A stretch of DNA of 64,000 bases, taken from contig MU626289.1 of the NCBI GenBank assembly GCA_025603075.1, forward strand, positions 84,086 through 148,085. Reading direction: 5' to 3'. A program made the position numbers and the translations under genes. The DNA comes from Neoconidiobolus thromboides FSU 785 (Eukaryota; Fungi; Entomophthoromycota). Below, one piece after another: positions 23,212-36,563 of this stretch; positions within the stretch are counted from its first letter, which is position 1; each line of letters begins with the position of its first letter. A model generated the notes under the pieces. It was not told the origin of the DNA, ran no database searches, and was given only the letters and a program-made list of their open reading frames with translations.

Positions 23212-26200
23212 CTATTGGGATTCCAAAGTACTAGCAACTAACTTTAAGAGATCCATTCCTCTTACATAATAATTACTTGGTTTCTTCGAAATAGATTGCC
23301 AAATTTCCCCATGTTTAGGATCTGCTTGTAAATATTTAGTTTCTAGTTGTTCAAGGTGCTCCTAAAATAAAACATTAGTGATTTTTTTTGATTCATAGTA
23401 CTTGTATTTACCTTGGTACCAAACTTGGTTTCAAATAAATAAAACCAAGCCCAAGCATCACCATAATCTGGATTTAATTTGACTGCTCTTTGAAACCAGG
23501 TTCTTGCCTTATCAATTTTACGATCTGTTTGAAATAATTTGGCCATTGTCGTAAATATAATTGGATCATTATCGCAAGCTTTAATAGCATCGGATACTCT
23601 AGATTTACGTTGTGGGCGTGGCTCCATCATGATAGCTTCACTCCATAATAATCCTGAGGATGGACATTCCTGTAATGCTATAATTTTCAATAAAGTTAAC
23701 AATTTATATAAATCAATAAATATAAATACCTTTAGATATAAGTACTTTTGCCATTGAAGCATTATTAGCTCTTATTTCAACCCTTATTGCCTCTAACCAT
23801 AATAAAGGTTCTTTTGGGTTAAGCTTACGCCCTCTTTCCAAAATTGAACGTGCTTTAATTAACAACTGTGCCTTTTCTTCTAATCTACCGGCTAAAATCC
23901 AGAGAGTGATTGAATTAACACAATGTTTTAAACCTTGAGCATAAATTTCTCTAGCTTTTGAAATGTTTCCATTGTCTTCTTCAATTTGTCCTCGAATCAT
24001 CCATAATTTATCAAAGTCTGGGAATTTTTTATTTGCTTCTTCGAGCTGGTTAATCGCTTCTTCGATATTACCACATTGTCTTTCCAAAGCAATAGACTTC
24101 ATCCAAACCTAAAGACAATCATAAGCTTTTGTTAGAAATTGTATAGACGATTAGCTTACCTTTTCAGTATCTGCATTCTCTCTTGCTTTAGTAAAGAAAG
24201 TTCTAGCGCGTTTAAACTCATGATTTTCAATTTCTAATTTAGCTGCAGCCAGATAAATCTGTTCACTTTTAGGATTGACATCATATGCTTTATTCAAGAT
24301 ACTTTGGGCACCACTGAGATCTCCCTATAATAGGTTAAACTTTAGTATTTATTTGATTACTTATTTAATTGAACTTACATCTAACCATTTTTCTTTGGCG
24401 TGCATGAGCCATAAAATCTCCGAGTGTGGACAACTCTTAGTTCCAGCAGCTAATGTCTCATCTAATGATTCCCTATATTGAAGTTTAGTTTTTATTCAAA
24501 TTAAATTAAATCAAATTAAATTAAAACTTACTTTGTACCATGCTCTTTTTCAAAATAAGCTGCTTGTATCCAAATATTATCTGATCCAGGGTATTCTTGA
24601 AGTGCATAGGCATAAACCGCTCTTGCAGTTTCAATGGCCCCACGCTCAGTAATAGCTTCTGCATCCTTGAGCCAGGTTTCTTCTTGATCTTCTTGGTCAA
24701 GGTCAATATCAATAGTGGCTCGGATGATAGCTTGAGCTGTAGGAGTAGCTTTGAGCTGTAATTCACATTTTTCAGCTTCACTGATCCATTCTTCTCTGCT
24801 CAAAATAGCTCCGTATTTTGGCAATGTTCTAAGACCAAGTTTGATAACTTTTTCAACTTTCTCAAGCTCCCCATTTTGTTCCATTAACTGAGCGGCTGCA
24901 ATCCAAATTTCATGACTGGTTGGTATAGCTTTACGTGCGGATTGTAAAACAGCTTGTGCTTTTTTATATGTCTCTAATTTAGCTAATGCTAGCCATAATT
25001 CTATAGAAGTTGGGATTAATTTTACAGCTTCAGCTAATAGCATTTTAGCATCTTCTGGATTTTCTTCTAATCGAATGGCAGATTGCCATAAAGTTAACGA
25101 AGTTGGATTATGTTCTAAAGCTAATTGGTTTTTAATAAATAAAATAAGACTAAAAATTATTCAACATTACCTCTTTGATATACCCTTTTTTTAGCTAATC
25201 TGTCTTCTTCTAATTTAGCTGCTAATACCCATATTTTAACTGAATTCGGAAGATGACGGACTGCATCTGCTAAAATGCTTTTTGCAGCTTCTGAGGTCTA
25301 TAAAAGTTAGAACTGAAAAAAGCGTAAATAGGAATTTAGTTTACATTTAATCTTGCTGCTTCTAACCAAATATCTTCTGATTCTGGGCATTGCTCAATAC
25401 CTTTAGCAATGGTGATTCTAGCTTGAAGGAATTTGTTAGCTACTTCTTCTAATCTTGCTGCTGCAATCCATCCTGGGGCATGCTTTGGATTTGTTCCAGT
25501 TACAGATTTTAACAATAAACGTGCCTTTTTAATGTCACTAAAGTAAATAGTCAATATATATATTTATAATAAGTGAAAATCAAATACCCAATTTCAGCAT
25601 CACTTTTTATATTTAAGCTATTTAAATCAGTTAAATAACCGCGTGGGTCAATAGTACTCTTTCCACTAGCTGAATCAAATGACATTTGATCCAATTTTAA
25701 TCCTAATACTTTATCCCTTGCTTGCCCAATTTCAACAAAATTAGTTAGTGCCCCATTGCTATTGTCGGGGTTATTTGGTGTCTCAAATCCACCATATTTC
25801 TATATTATTGTTACTTTGTTAAAAATTTTAATCTAGATAAATGTTTACCTGTTCAATAGGATCCAAAACTGTATTAAAACTAGCATTTTCCCTTGCTTTT
25901 TCAAGAATGGAATCTGGTACTGGAGCAAAACTAATAGAAATAAACAAAAATAAACACAAAACCAAAAAAATTACCGTTCTTTGGCATTAATCTTTTTACG
26001 ATTTTTACCAGAAATATTAGCAACGTCTGGTAAACTAGCCCATTCTTCAGCCGATACTTCTGCTAATCCTCTTTTTAAATCTGCAAACTGTTGTTGTATC
26101 TTTGGCCTTTCTTTGCGATATTTTAACAACTCTTCTTTTTCTCTTTCTTCTCTATTTTGTTTTAATATTAACATTTGTTATTACTATTAATATTATTATT

Positions 26201-26602
26201 ACTTACCTCCTAACTTTTCTTCTTTCATCCATTTTTTTATCTATTAACTCATAAATCCTATCCGCTTCTTCATCATCTTGCTCGTAAGGTATCCCTGAAA
26301 ATAAGCCTGTTTCGTTATCTGGATCTTGATATTTCTCAGAATCTTCTCCTTCTCCTTCATCCTGACTAAAAAACTTTCAATTTTTTTTCTTTATTTTGCA
26401 CATTATTTACTTTGATATATCTACTGGTACGGCTTCTCTTGCAGGACCAATATCGGATCGTGTTGTAAACCCGGTGGCACTAATAGATTAACTAAATATT
26501 TTCCTATTTTTAATAAATAGTATTTATTTACCCTCTTCCAAGACCAGCCACATAATTTGGCGGTGCTGGTTTTCCCATGAAATCTTTGGTGACTTGAAAC
26601 AT
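23212..26602 (-). CDS. PRP6: Pre-mRNA splicing factor Prp6 (U5 snRNP, HAT/TPR repeats), many short introns
   Basis: N-terminus [32 protein letters not shown]; [28 protein letters not shown]; C-terminal [13 protein letters not shown]; stop at 23212-23214. Confidence 0.97.
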
Positions 26603-26878
26603 TTTAGGACTTTTCTTTTATTTCAATCTTTAAGCCTATTTTTTATAAAAAGTATTTTTTTCATTATTGATGAAATTTTATTATTACTTGAAATTTATTG
26701 GGCATTTATTTTTTTATGCTTTTTTGCCCATTTAGTCTATTAGGCATTTAAACTAAATGTAATTTCTAAAGCAGGTTCAATATATGAAATTATAATAAAA
26801 TACAAAAGGAAACCTAAGGCACCACTGCTAATCATTGATAAAATAAGATAAAAATATGCTTTTAATTTTTATTTTGTA

Positions 26879-27814
26879 TTACATAAAATCGTCATCAATA
26901 TCTTGATTAGAATCTTCGTTAGTTCTATATTCAGTAGTATCGTCTTCAAATATACTTTTATAACTCTTTAATTCTTTTTGATTTTTAGCATACTCTTCTC
27001 TTTTTATTTTAACTTGTTCCTAGAAACCATTAGTTTGAAAATGAGTGTATTATAATTAACAAACTTACCATCCTTTCAAAATTAATTTTATCCTTTTTAT
27101 TCTTTTTATTTATATAATTCATCTTTTCCTGATATAAATCTGGATATTCTTCTCTCTTTGTTTTATTTAGTCGATTGATTATATGATTCTTTCTTTTTTC
27201 AACATATACTCTTTTCACCTTAAATTATTATTACTATAGGAATACAATACAATGTACATTTATTATTACTATTTTGGGGTTATGAAATGAAACTTGGCCC
27301 ACTGCCATATCCCCACTCTTTTTCAAATTGCTCCATGGTGTATAAATGATTGTAATATTATCCTTTTTATTACCTGGCAATATATTGAAATATAGTAAAT
27401 AGCTAATAATAAACTTGATAAAATTATAATATACCTTCAATAGAATTAGCTTTTGTTAACTGTCCTAAATCTTCTAACAAGCTTTCAGGTATGTTTTCCC
27501 AGTTATAGGAACCATCTAACCTTAAATAAATGTGTGCACTAGATAATTTATCTACATGAAACCTTGAAATTATAAGTCATAACAATAATAACAATTGTAT
27601 ATTTATTTACCATACGTCTTCTTCTATCCCGTGTTTTATTAAGTCTTCATCTGTTTTTTGTTATTATATGTTAGGTTCAAATTGAATTGTACATTACTTT
27701 CATGTTTATCTTTGCCCATGAATATATTTCCATTAGGTGTAGTCACTAAAACTATTAATAAAGTATCATAAATTACTCTCTATTTTTACCATCACTTGTA
27801 AAATAATAAACCAT
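26879..27814 (-). CDS. CCDC25: CCDC25/Jlp2 family protein (NFACT-R domain), multi-exon
   Basis: [78 protein letters not shown]; ends in DDFM. Confidence 0.92.
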
Positions 27815-27996
27815 TTTTGCAGCTTTAAAAGTAAAAGAAAAGTTGTTTTATAACAATACAAAATAATTGTTTTATAATCTAATTTTATAGTGTCAAAGCT
27901 AAACTTGCTAAATTTAAATAGTTAATATGGTAATAAAAATTGATACAAGATATGAATCAAAATCAAAATCAATAATATATATTATACAGAGTTCGT

Positions 27997-28884
27997 TTAT
28001 TCTTTATTTAATGTATATTTAACCCAGGAATCAAAGGAAGCTAGCGAATTAATCGTATAATTATTGAAAATAAAGAAAGGATTAAATAAAAAATACAAGA
28101 TTTGTTTTAAAAATAGGAGTGAAATAGTTCGATTATTAAATAGATAAGGAGCTATCTTATCAATCAAATGTTCTTTATTTTTGTGCTTGTTATTAAATAT
28201 TAAATTAATAGTGCCTATGATTATCAATTTCATTTCTTTGTTTAATATTTGATTATTAATTAAATAAATACTTTTTATTTCCCTCTTAATGAACTTGTAG
28301 AGATATTTATTTATATTATGCTTGTCATTGGCCTTACTATTATTATAGTAAACAGTCAAATTAATACCACTATTACTATTTATTATATTATCAACTTTAT
28401 CTAATACGTTATTACTACTTGGAAAGTTTAAATTTAAAATATAAATTAATGTTCTATCTAAATAAGTTTTACTTTTCAAATCATTAAAATAACTTAATGC
28501 CATTGAAGCATCACTAAATATTACTATATTACCGCTTGAGAATAACTTTAGTATATCTATTGTTATAAAATATACTGTTTCTTTTTTGGCATTGATGTTA
28601 TATATCACTTTATGGGTTGCCCTTTTACATATTCCGCATTCTACTTTATAATTTATCCATTCGATTATACACTTAAAACAATATTGATGGTAACAAGGCG
28701 TTAAATAAACTTTATTTTCATAACTTTGTAAACATATACTGCATACTATCCCTAGCTCCTCATTTCTTCGTTTCTTGTTTTCACTTTCGTTATCGCTATC
28801 ATCTTCATCCATTTCATAATAAAGAATTAAACTTGCTTTTTCATCTTTCTTATTTTCAGCTTTATCTTCTTCAATTTTATCCAT
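27997..28884 (-). CDS. C3HC4 RING finger protein (probable E3 ligase), intronless
   Basis: CSICLQSYENKVYLTPCYHQYCFKCIIEWINYKVECGICK gives a complete RING ligand set. Confidence 0.85.
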   Translation of the reverse strand: MDKIEEDKAENKKDEKASLILYYEMDEDDSDNESENKKRRNEELGIVCSICLQSYENKVYLTPCYHQYCFKCIIEWINYKVECGICKRATHKVIYNINAKKETVYFITIDILKLFSSGNIVIFSDASMALSYFNDLKSKTYLDRTLIYILNLNFPSSNNVLDKVDNIINSNSGINLTVYYNNSKANDKHNINKYLYKFIKREIKSIYLINNQILNKEMKLIIIGTINLIFNNKHKNKEHLIDKIAPYLFNNRTISLLFLKQILYFLFNPFFIFNNYTINSLASFDSWVKYTLNKE

Positions 28885-28978
28885 AATTTATAATACAACC
28901 ACTTGAAATCAAAAGTATAAAAAATAAAAATATCAAATTTATAAAAAAGATAAACCAATAAGAAACTTTCAAATTTAC

Positions 28979-30344
28979 TTATTCTTTTTTTAATTTTGCA
29001 GCATACTCTCTAAAATAATACTCACAATCATTTGCACTTTTAATATTTTTATATCGTGTATCATTTTCAATCAATAATTTTGTCTAAAAAAACAAGTGAA
29101 TATATTGAAATAAATAAACAAAGACTATTACTTTTTTCCAGCTTGAGTTATATCTTAAATCTTTCATTTCTTTTAACATGGTTATAAACTCTTGTCTGTA
29201 TTTTTCTTTTTCCTTTCTCTTTTCTATTTAAACATTATAACTGCTATCAATTAAATATATATACTATCTTATTACCTTCTTTTTCTTTTTTTCTAATATT
29301 AATAAGACCTTGAACATGTTCTGAAAATATAGCTTCTCTCTCTTTGTAATTTAATTTTTTACTTATTGGATCATTAAAATATTTCTTATTAAACACATTC
29401 CAATCACTTTTATAAGTAGTATTTCCTTTAACCAATTGCCTATAATTTTCCATGTTCATCTATTTATTATTTATCTATTATCATTATTAGTTAAATATAA
29501 AATATAGCTTACTTTTTTATCTTCTATTTTTTTATCCGATTTAAGCTCTGGAAGTTCACTTATTTTTTTACAATAGTTTTCAAATATACTTTGACATAAC
29601 CTTTCATTATCAACAACTAAAATTCAATTATTGTGTTTTAATATCTAAATAATAAAATACTTTTAAAAGCTTCTTCCTCTTTTAATTTAGGTAATAGTAA
29701 ATCCCATGTGTCCATTTCAGTAACTTGTAGATCTTTAAGTAAATCCTTTTTACGTATGGTTAATTGATCATTATTATATATATATTATTCGACATACCTG
29801 AAACTGCAATACGTTTTGATGTAACAATACCTCTGGTGGCAAGTCATAATCATTATTATGATTATTATAGTCCGATAAATCACCCATTCCCATCATTTGT
29901 AACTGGTAGGCAACATCATCTTCATCCATTCTAAATAGGTTAACACTTACTAGCTTTTTCAAGTAATTAAGTTACTCTGTTGTTTCATTATTGACATTGT
30001 TAAACTCTGATTCATATTCTTTTAATTCTTTTGGTACTTCCCAGCTTGAAACTCCGGTGTATGGATTGTAAAAGAATCGGTATCCATCCCTAGTTTCTAT
30101 TAACCGCCAATCATGCCCAGTTAATTCATAGCTTCATTTATTTAATAATAATAAATTAACTTTATTTATTTATATACCTTTTTATCGCTTTATCTTCATT
30201 TTCGTTTATTTTATTATCGTTTACTTCACTGTCGGAATCAACTTTCCACACATATTTATCCTCCTCCGTTAAGTAATAGTAAGTAATAAAGTTATCTTGA
30301 TTGAATTTTTTTCTTATTGTATTTATTTTATTTTCAACATCCAT
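28979..30344 (-). CDS. WW- and FF-domain protein (Urn1/Dre4/TCERG1-like), multi-exon; start uncertain
   Basis: WW: DWRLIETRDGYRFFYNPYTGVSSWEVP. FF-like: QEFITMLKEMKDLRYNSSWKK..NDTRYKNIKSANDCEYYFREY; stop at 28979-28981. Confidence 0.8.
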
Positions 30345-30518
30345 TCTTCAACCTTTAAATATATAAAAAAGAAAAGTATAAACACTTTTAAAAAATTGCT
30401 TTTTATGCTTGTAAATTTTATTTAATTTGAACTAATAGTGTATTATTGTGTAAATGATATTTCATGACTAGATAAGGCTATATAATTATAAAAGTGTTCT
30501 TAATATTATTAAAATTAT

Positions 30519-30761
30519 TCAACAGTAAGAGATATCAATCCAGCCATTATTTCTATCACAACCATTTCCATACTTAGGTTGACAGCTCCATTGATTGTTT
30601 TCGTATTTCCAGCATGCAGGTGCGTTGGAATCACTAAACCTAAAGTCCTCGTATCCAAAGTGACATTCGTCATTTTTATTAGGACATTGTGAACCACTGG
30701 TTAGTATTATAAAGCTGTTTACACTAGTTACACAGGCTATTATTATTGATGTATATCTCAT
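30519..30761 (-). CDS. Small secreted cysteine-rich protein, 80 aa
   Basis: Hydrophobic N-terminus MRYTSIIIACVTSVNS; mature part with 6 Cys (C-x6-C-x16-C-x9-C-x7-C-x11-C). TATA-like element ~45 nt upstream of the ATG. Confidence 0.75.
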   Translation of the reverse strand: MRYTSIIIACVTSVNSFIILTSGSQCPNKNDECHFGYEDFRFSDSNAPACWKYENNQWSCQPKYGNGCDRNNGWIDISYC

Positions 30762-31453
30762 TGTTTACAATTTTAATGAACTTTTTATGTAAAGACTTTT
30801 ATATTTATACACTGTTTTTATAATGGATGAATCCTCTTATTCCTCTCGATATTCCTTTTCCCTTAATTATCTCCCCTTTTTCTCCCTTTATTTGTTTCGC
30901 ATTAATTATTAGCTTTAACAAATTTGAGTTATTTTTTTAAAACATGATTGATGAAATCATAGTCATTTTTAAAGCTAGAAGTTCAAACATTTGTAATATT
31001 ACATTGCTGTATTATAATTATTTTTTAATGTAAAATTTTGACCTAAGTTTTAGAAAATGGGCAAGTTTATACTTAAAGTTCAATTCTATGGTTTTAATTT
31101 TTAAATTTTTCAAATATTTTTTCGGTACCCTAAACCTTTAAAACTGATCCCTCTAATTCATATTGCAAAATTTAGCGTATAAATTAAGCTTAATGCTGAA
31201 AGGGGACCTCATCGATATTTTTATTTGCTTTTTTATCTCCAACTCGCTTGAAATGTAAAAGAGTATTTTAGTCAATTTCTTGATCAAAAAATTTATTTAT
31301 TTATTCACTTTCATACTATTTATACTTTTATATTTACGTGAAATAGAAGTCAGAAAAAAATGAACCTTGGGTTTAATTTGCTTTACCAATTTTTAATCCC
31401 ATTGGCTACCAAAAAAACGTAAGAAATAGTGACTAAATCAAAACTTTAAAGTT

Positions 31454-32607
31454 ATGTTAAAAAGCTCGAATTTAACTAAAGTCTATTCAACAATGACTAC
31501 TAAGAATCTGATAATAAATTATGTCAATTATCAGAGCAATAAATTAGTACTAAAAGAAAGCACCCTAACACCAAACGAGTTTTATAAAGTAGAGCCAAAT
31601 GGTGTATATACTGGATGCAGAACTGTGAATCATAAAAAAGTATTAGAATATGAAGCACATTGCAGTAGGTTAACTCAAGGATTTAGTAAAAAAGGGAATG
31701 AAATAGATAAGGAAGAATTAAAGTCAAAACTTAATCATTTAACTAAAGTTGGATTACTATCTTATTATAACTATTTAAATACTGGTTTGCCAGAATTAGT
31801 AGAGGATAATAGAGGTGGTCTAGACAGCCTCTTTCCACAGTTTGAAGCTAAATTATCTTATTTAATTTACTCAAATGAAGATTCAGCTTACTTAAAACTT
31901 CACTTATCTTCGCTTAATGTACCTACTGAATCTAGTTGTAAAGTAATAGTATTTTATTTATTTATTGTACAAATTAAAAAATTTGTAGGTAGAATTAATT
32001 AACTTAAAACGTAATAATCCAACAATTAAGGATACTATATGGGTGGGGTAAGTAAGTGTTCACTATTTTTAAAAAAGATGCTTATGAGTTATTTAGACAA
32101 AGAGATCATGCTGAAAAAAGCAAAAGCAAAGATAGCAATGAAGTACTGTTAGTAGAATCAAATGGAGAAGTATTAGAAGGCTTGTCTTCTAATTTCTTTG
32201 TTTTAAAAGAAGAAAATGGTCAATTTAAATTATTAACCGCTCCTTATAATAGAGTATTAAAGGGGACGATTCAAAGTATAGTCATTGATTTGGCTAAACA
32301 AATGAACATTGAAACAGAGTTTGTAGCTCCAAGCTTAAATGAACTTTGCAGTCAAAGTTACTCAGCTGCTTTTATTACAAGTAATTTATGTTGACTTTTT
32401 TGTTTATTACTTATTCTTTTTTTTAATGAAGGTACTTCCCGATTATTGTTACCAATCCGTACTATTAAATTTAGAGAGGATAGCTTGACGGAATATCGAG
32501 CTAAATTTGATACTGAAATCAAATTAAATCCAGAACATTCAATTATAATTAAGTTACGTAATAGTCTTTTGGAGAAAATCGATTTGAATTCTACTTCAAT
32601 CATTTGA
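31454..32607 (+). CDS. PLP-dependent aminotransferase class IV (D-amino acid aminotransferase/ADC lyase-like), 4 exons
   Basis: GVYTGCRT..HCSRL; spliced exon LKRNNPTIKDTIWV (candidate PLP lysine); EGLSSNFF; LKGT; FITSTSRLLLPI; stop TGA at 32605-32607. Confidence 0.85.
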
Positions 32608-32670
32608 ATAAATTATATTTATATGACATAATATAATATATATTATATACAACCTTTATTAATTTAAAAT

Positions 32671-34660
32671 TCAATTTAAAGCTTTAATAATGTTATCAAA
32701 AAAAGCGTCTGATTTTACTTTAAAATCCGGTTGTACAATATTTAATAAGAAATAATTATCTTTTAAATCATTGATCAAGTTGAAGGATTCCCTATTACTT
32801 TTTTGGAATAAATTACTCCACTCATTGCTAATTTGAAATACTTCTTTTGCCCATGCTTTGAATGAAGATACTTCAATTAAAGTTGCTTGTGCTATCTCCC
32901 CATGTGGAAATACCCCCCATGTTACGGTGTTAGCTTCATATTCTTCACCATCTTTATTCTTATTACTTAAGAAATGGCCCTAATTAAAGAGTTAATTATA
33001 AACTATATGTTGTATTAAAACCTACTTCGGAATCAATCGCCATATAAGTGATATTTGGATCTAGAGCTATCATTTTAGCTAAAAAGGCGTTGATCTTTGC
33101 TTTGGATATTAAGACTTCAATAAATGCCTACAGATATATAATATAAACAAAAGTACTGAAATAAATCCCAAAATATAAAATTACCTTTTGAAAGATAAAG
33201 CCATTTTTGGGTCCCCAGCCATAGATAGGATGATTTGATTTAATACCATCTAGGGAAGGTTGAGAAGCCAAAGTGAAGGAAAGATTTTGATTGATTTTAA
33301 TCAAATGATTTTTAATTAATTCAGATTCTGGGTCCAAATCTCCAGTTTCACACCATGGTAATTCACTTAACTTGCCATTTAAAAAGGCAATAAACAATGC
33401 GCTTATCTCTTCTTTACTTTTTGGGTGCCCCCATAATTCAAGTGCTTTACCTGGACTTATTTTTAATCCATTTCTATATCCTTCTAAATTACCATATGCT
33501 ATATTGTTTGTTATTTATGTTATTTATATTGCTTTAATATATCATTTACCTGGAGATGAAGCATCTCCGAATCTACCATTTGGAAAGTTATCCCACCCTT
33601 CAATCGTGTTTAATAAAGTTTGATTTTCAATAGTAAAATTATTGTTATTATCCTTGATCCATTTCAATCTATTTAGTACTTCATGAACTGATTTTTCTAA
33701 GTTCATTGTAAAGAAATGAATACAATGAATTTGATTATTATTACTGTCACTGTTATTGTTTAATATATTTTTGATTAATTTAATTGCTAAGTTAATTCCA
33801 TATTCCTTAATTAGTAAATCATCATGTTTAATTTCTTCTAACTCAACTAATATCTCTTTTGGTATTTTAATTCCAGTTAAATTTATTAATCTCCTAAATG
33901 AAATATAACTTTGTATTACTAATATACTAGGTATAATATCAATCCTAAGTCCATTTTTTTCGATTTCATTATACCAATTATCATACTCCTCGTTAGAAAG
34001 AAAAAACTGAGTCAAAACAAAATCGGCTCCTGATTCAACCTTTTGTTTTAAATACTTGATATCTTCTTCCAACCCTTGACTTTCTGGGTGTGAAGACGGA
34101 TAACCTAAATAATTACTTTAATCGCCTATATTTTAGATATTCTATTTTTATTACCTGTTACTCCAACATTAAACTGATTCTTAAACTCACTTTTAATCAG
34201 CTTGATTAAATCAATAACTGTTTCAAGTCTGTCTTCCTTATCCTCATCATTCAAAAATAAGCTTTCGTTGCTGGAGTCACCTCTTAATGCTAATATGTTT
34301 TCGATGCCGAGTTCTTTTGCTTTTTGTAAATAACCTAACACTTCTTTTTTACTTGTATTCGTAGCTGTAATATGTAACAATACATCTAAACCCAAGTCAT
34401 TTTGTATCGTATTTGCCAACTCAAGACTCTTATCATTAGTGCTTCCTCCTGCTCCCCATGTTACACTATTAAATATTGGACCTAATTCTTGTAATCTTGC
34501 TATTCTTAAATCTAAGTTTTTTTTACCCTGTTTTTTAGTTTTAATAAAATCAATGATAAATTAATGGTACTACCTCTGACGTTTTTGGAGGAAAAAATTC
34601 AAATGAAAATGAAGGTTTTTTACTGTTCTTATTGTATTTTAATAAATCGACAATTTTCAT
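32671..34660 (-). CDS. Methylenetetrahydrofolate reductase (MET12/MET13-like) with C-terminal regulatory domain, multi-exon
   Basis: FSFEFFPPKT; SVTWGAGGST; LHITATN; ILALRGD; KQKVESGADFVLTQFF; HFFTMN; WDNFPNGRFGDASSP; TVTWGVFP. Confidence 0.95.
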
Positions 34661-36563
34661 CCTTGGTAGTCTGTTAAGAATAGTATTTTGAATATTACTT
34701 TTTTTTTAATTTACTATTAATTTAATTTTTAACCAATTTAAATTTTGATCAAATAGCTTCTTCTTTACTCCTTTAGTTATGATATCATTGGTGAGTTTCT
34801 CTTTTATTCTTCTTAATAAATTTAGGTGAGAAAATTTTTATTTTTTTCAACACTTTAAATTTTAAGATCACCACTGGTTTTAGAAGTTGGCTATTATTTT
34901 TAATTAAACTATCATTTTTCAAAAGTGTAAAGCTTTTAGCAATAATGATAAAAGGAAGCTCTATGTAAAAGTCTTGCCATTTGGATCATTTTCAGGTTAA
35001 AATATTATGAGAAAAACCTTTTTGTATTGATTGACATTTAAAATAAACAAACAAACTCCATGTTATAAAACGTTGCTCAATTTTTGTGCCTAATATAAAT
35101 AAAGAATTAGCTTTATTTGGCAAATACTATTCTAGTTTATTGTATTTTTATGTTGTGTAATATGTTAAAATCTCAATTTATTACTTTATAAATATACTGC
35201 ATGTTTATTTTTAGATTTTGTTTGAGTATTTTTTATTAATATAATAAACTGTTCAATAGTTTTAAAAATAGAGTCTACTTTTATTAAGCCTAAATTACAT
35301 AAAATCAAAAAGGCTTTTGAGTAAAAATAAACCTTATATTGTTGAAAATTGTTACTAAATTCTCCTACCTCAAGAAATCTTTAAGCATCTAAAGCATAGA
35401 AAGTGTAAGATTCTAAATAGATAATTGCTAAGCCCTCATAGATTTACGGATACTATCTTTTTCACTAGATAAGAGTAGCTTAAATTGTTTTAAATAGGGG
35501 TTCAAACTAAAGTCTCTAGCCAAGAGGCTGGTAACAGAAATATTACTTTTAGAGGTAAACTATTATTTTATCCTAACTCATTTTTGTAGTTTATAAAAGT
35601 AAAATAATTTTTTTGAAAAATAGGGATAACCAGATTGATTTTTAATTTATTTTTTTGTATTAAAACAGTTTCATTTCAAATAGAAACATCAAATAAATCA
35701 AATTTAATACCCTCCATTTCTTCTTGAATTTAGCTTAAAATCCAAAACTTTTGTTTATCAACTTTGTAAAAATTGTCTTGTGTGAAAATATCTATTTGAT
35801 ATTCTTCACTATTATTCTATTCACTAAGTTGTTCTAAATGCAAACCAGTATTCTTTACAATTAAATCGTAGCTTGAATTTTATGTTAAAATGACAAATTT
35901 ATATATCATATAATAAATAACCACATATAATGAAGTTTTTGCTTATATATTTTATACAATAAGCAAATAATATAACCAGACATAGAATTTCATACTAAGA
36001 CAACAGCTTGTCAATATTTTAAATTACTACTTTAAGTAAACTGTAACAAACCTTAGTATACGGAAATTAACAAAAAAGATCAACTAAATCTAGATTAAAA
36101 TAAAGTTAACTTAATCTAAGCATTTATGCCATAATCTCTTAGATCAATAATAAAAAAGAGCCTTTAATAAACGATTTAAATAAAGTAATTAGCAGTTAAT
36201 AAATGATAATAAATTAAAATCAACGCCATTATATTTGTTATAACTTTATTGATGATTGATAAGCTTACTCAATTTAATTGGTAGATTGTTATCTAAATTA
36301 CTTTGATGCTCAGTTTTTCAATAAATTTTAAGACATATCAACTAAGCAACTTTAATATCTAAAATATTACAGACTTATGAATTTGAAAGAAAAATTATAT
36401 TATACTTATTTATTAAAAAGATAATAAAGAGAAGAAATATAATAACAACCGGCACTAAAGATAGTTATTGAAAAAAGGTAAAAGAAAAACAACAACTAAT
36501 AATACAATGAGATTTGAATTAGAAACAACCAAGAGTTAGTAGAACGAACACACATCAAACAAA

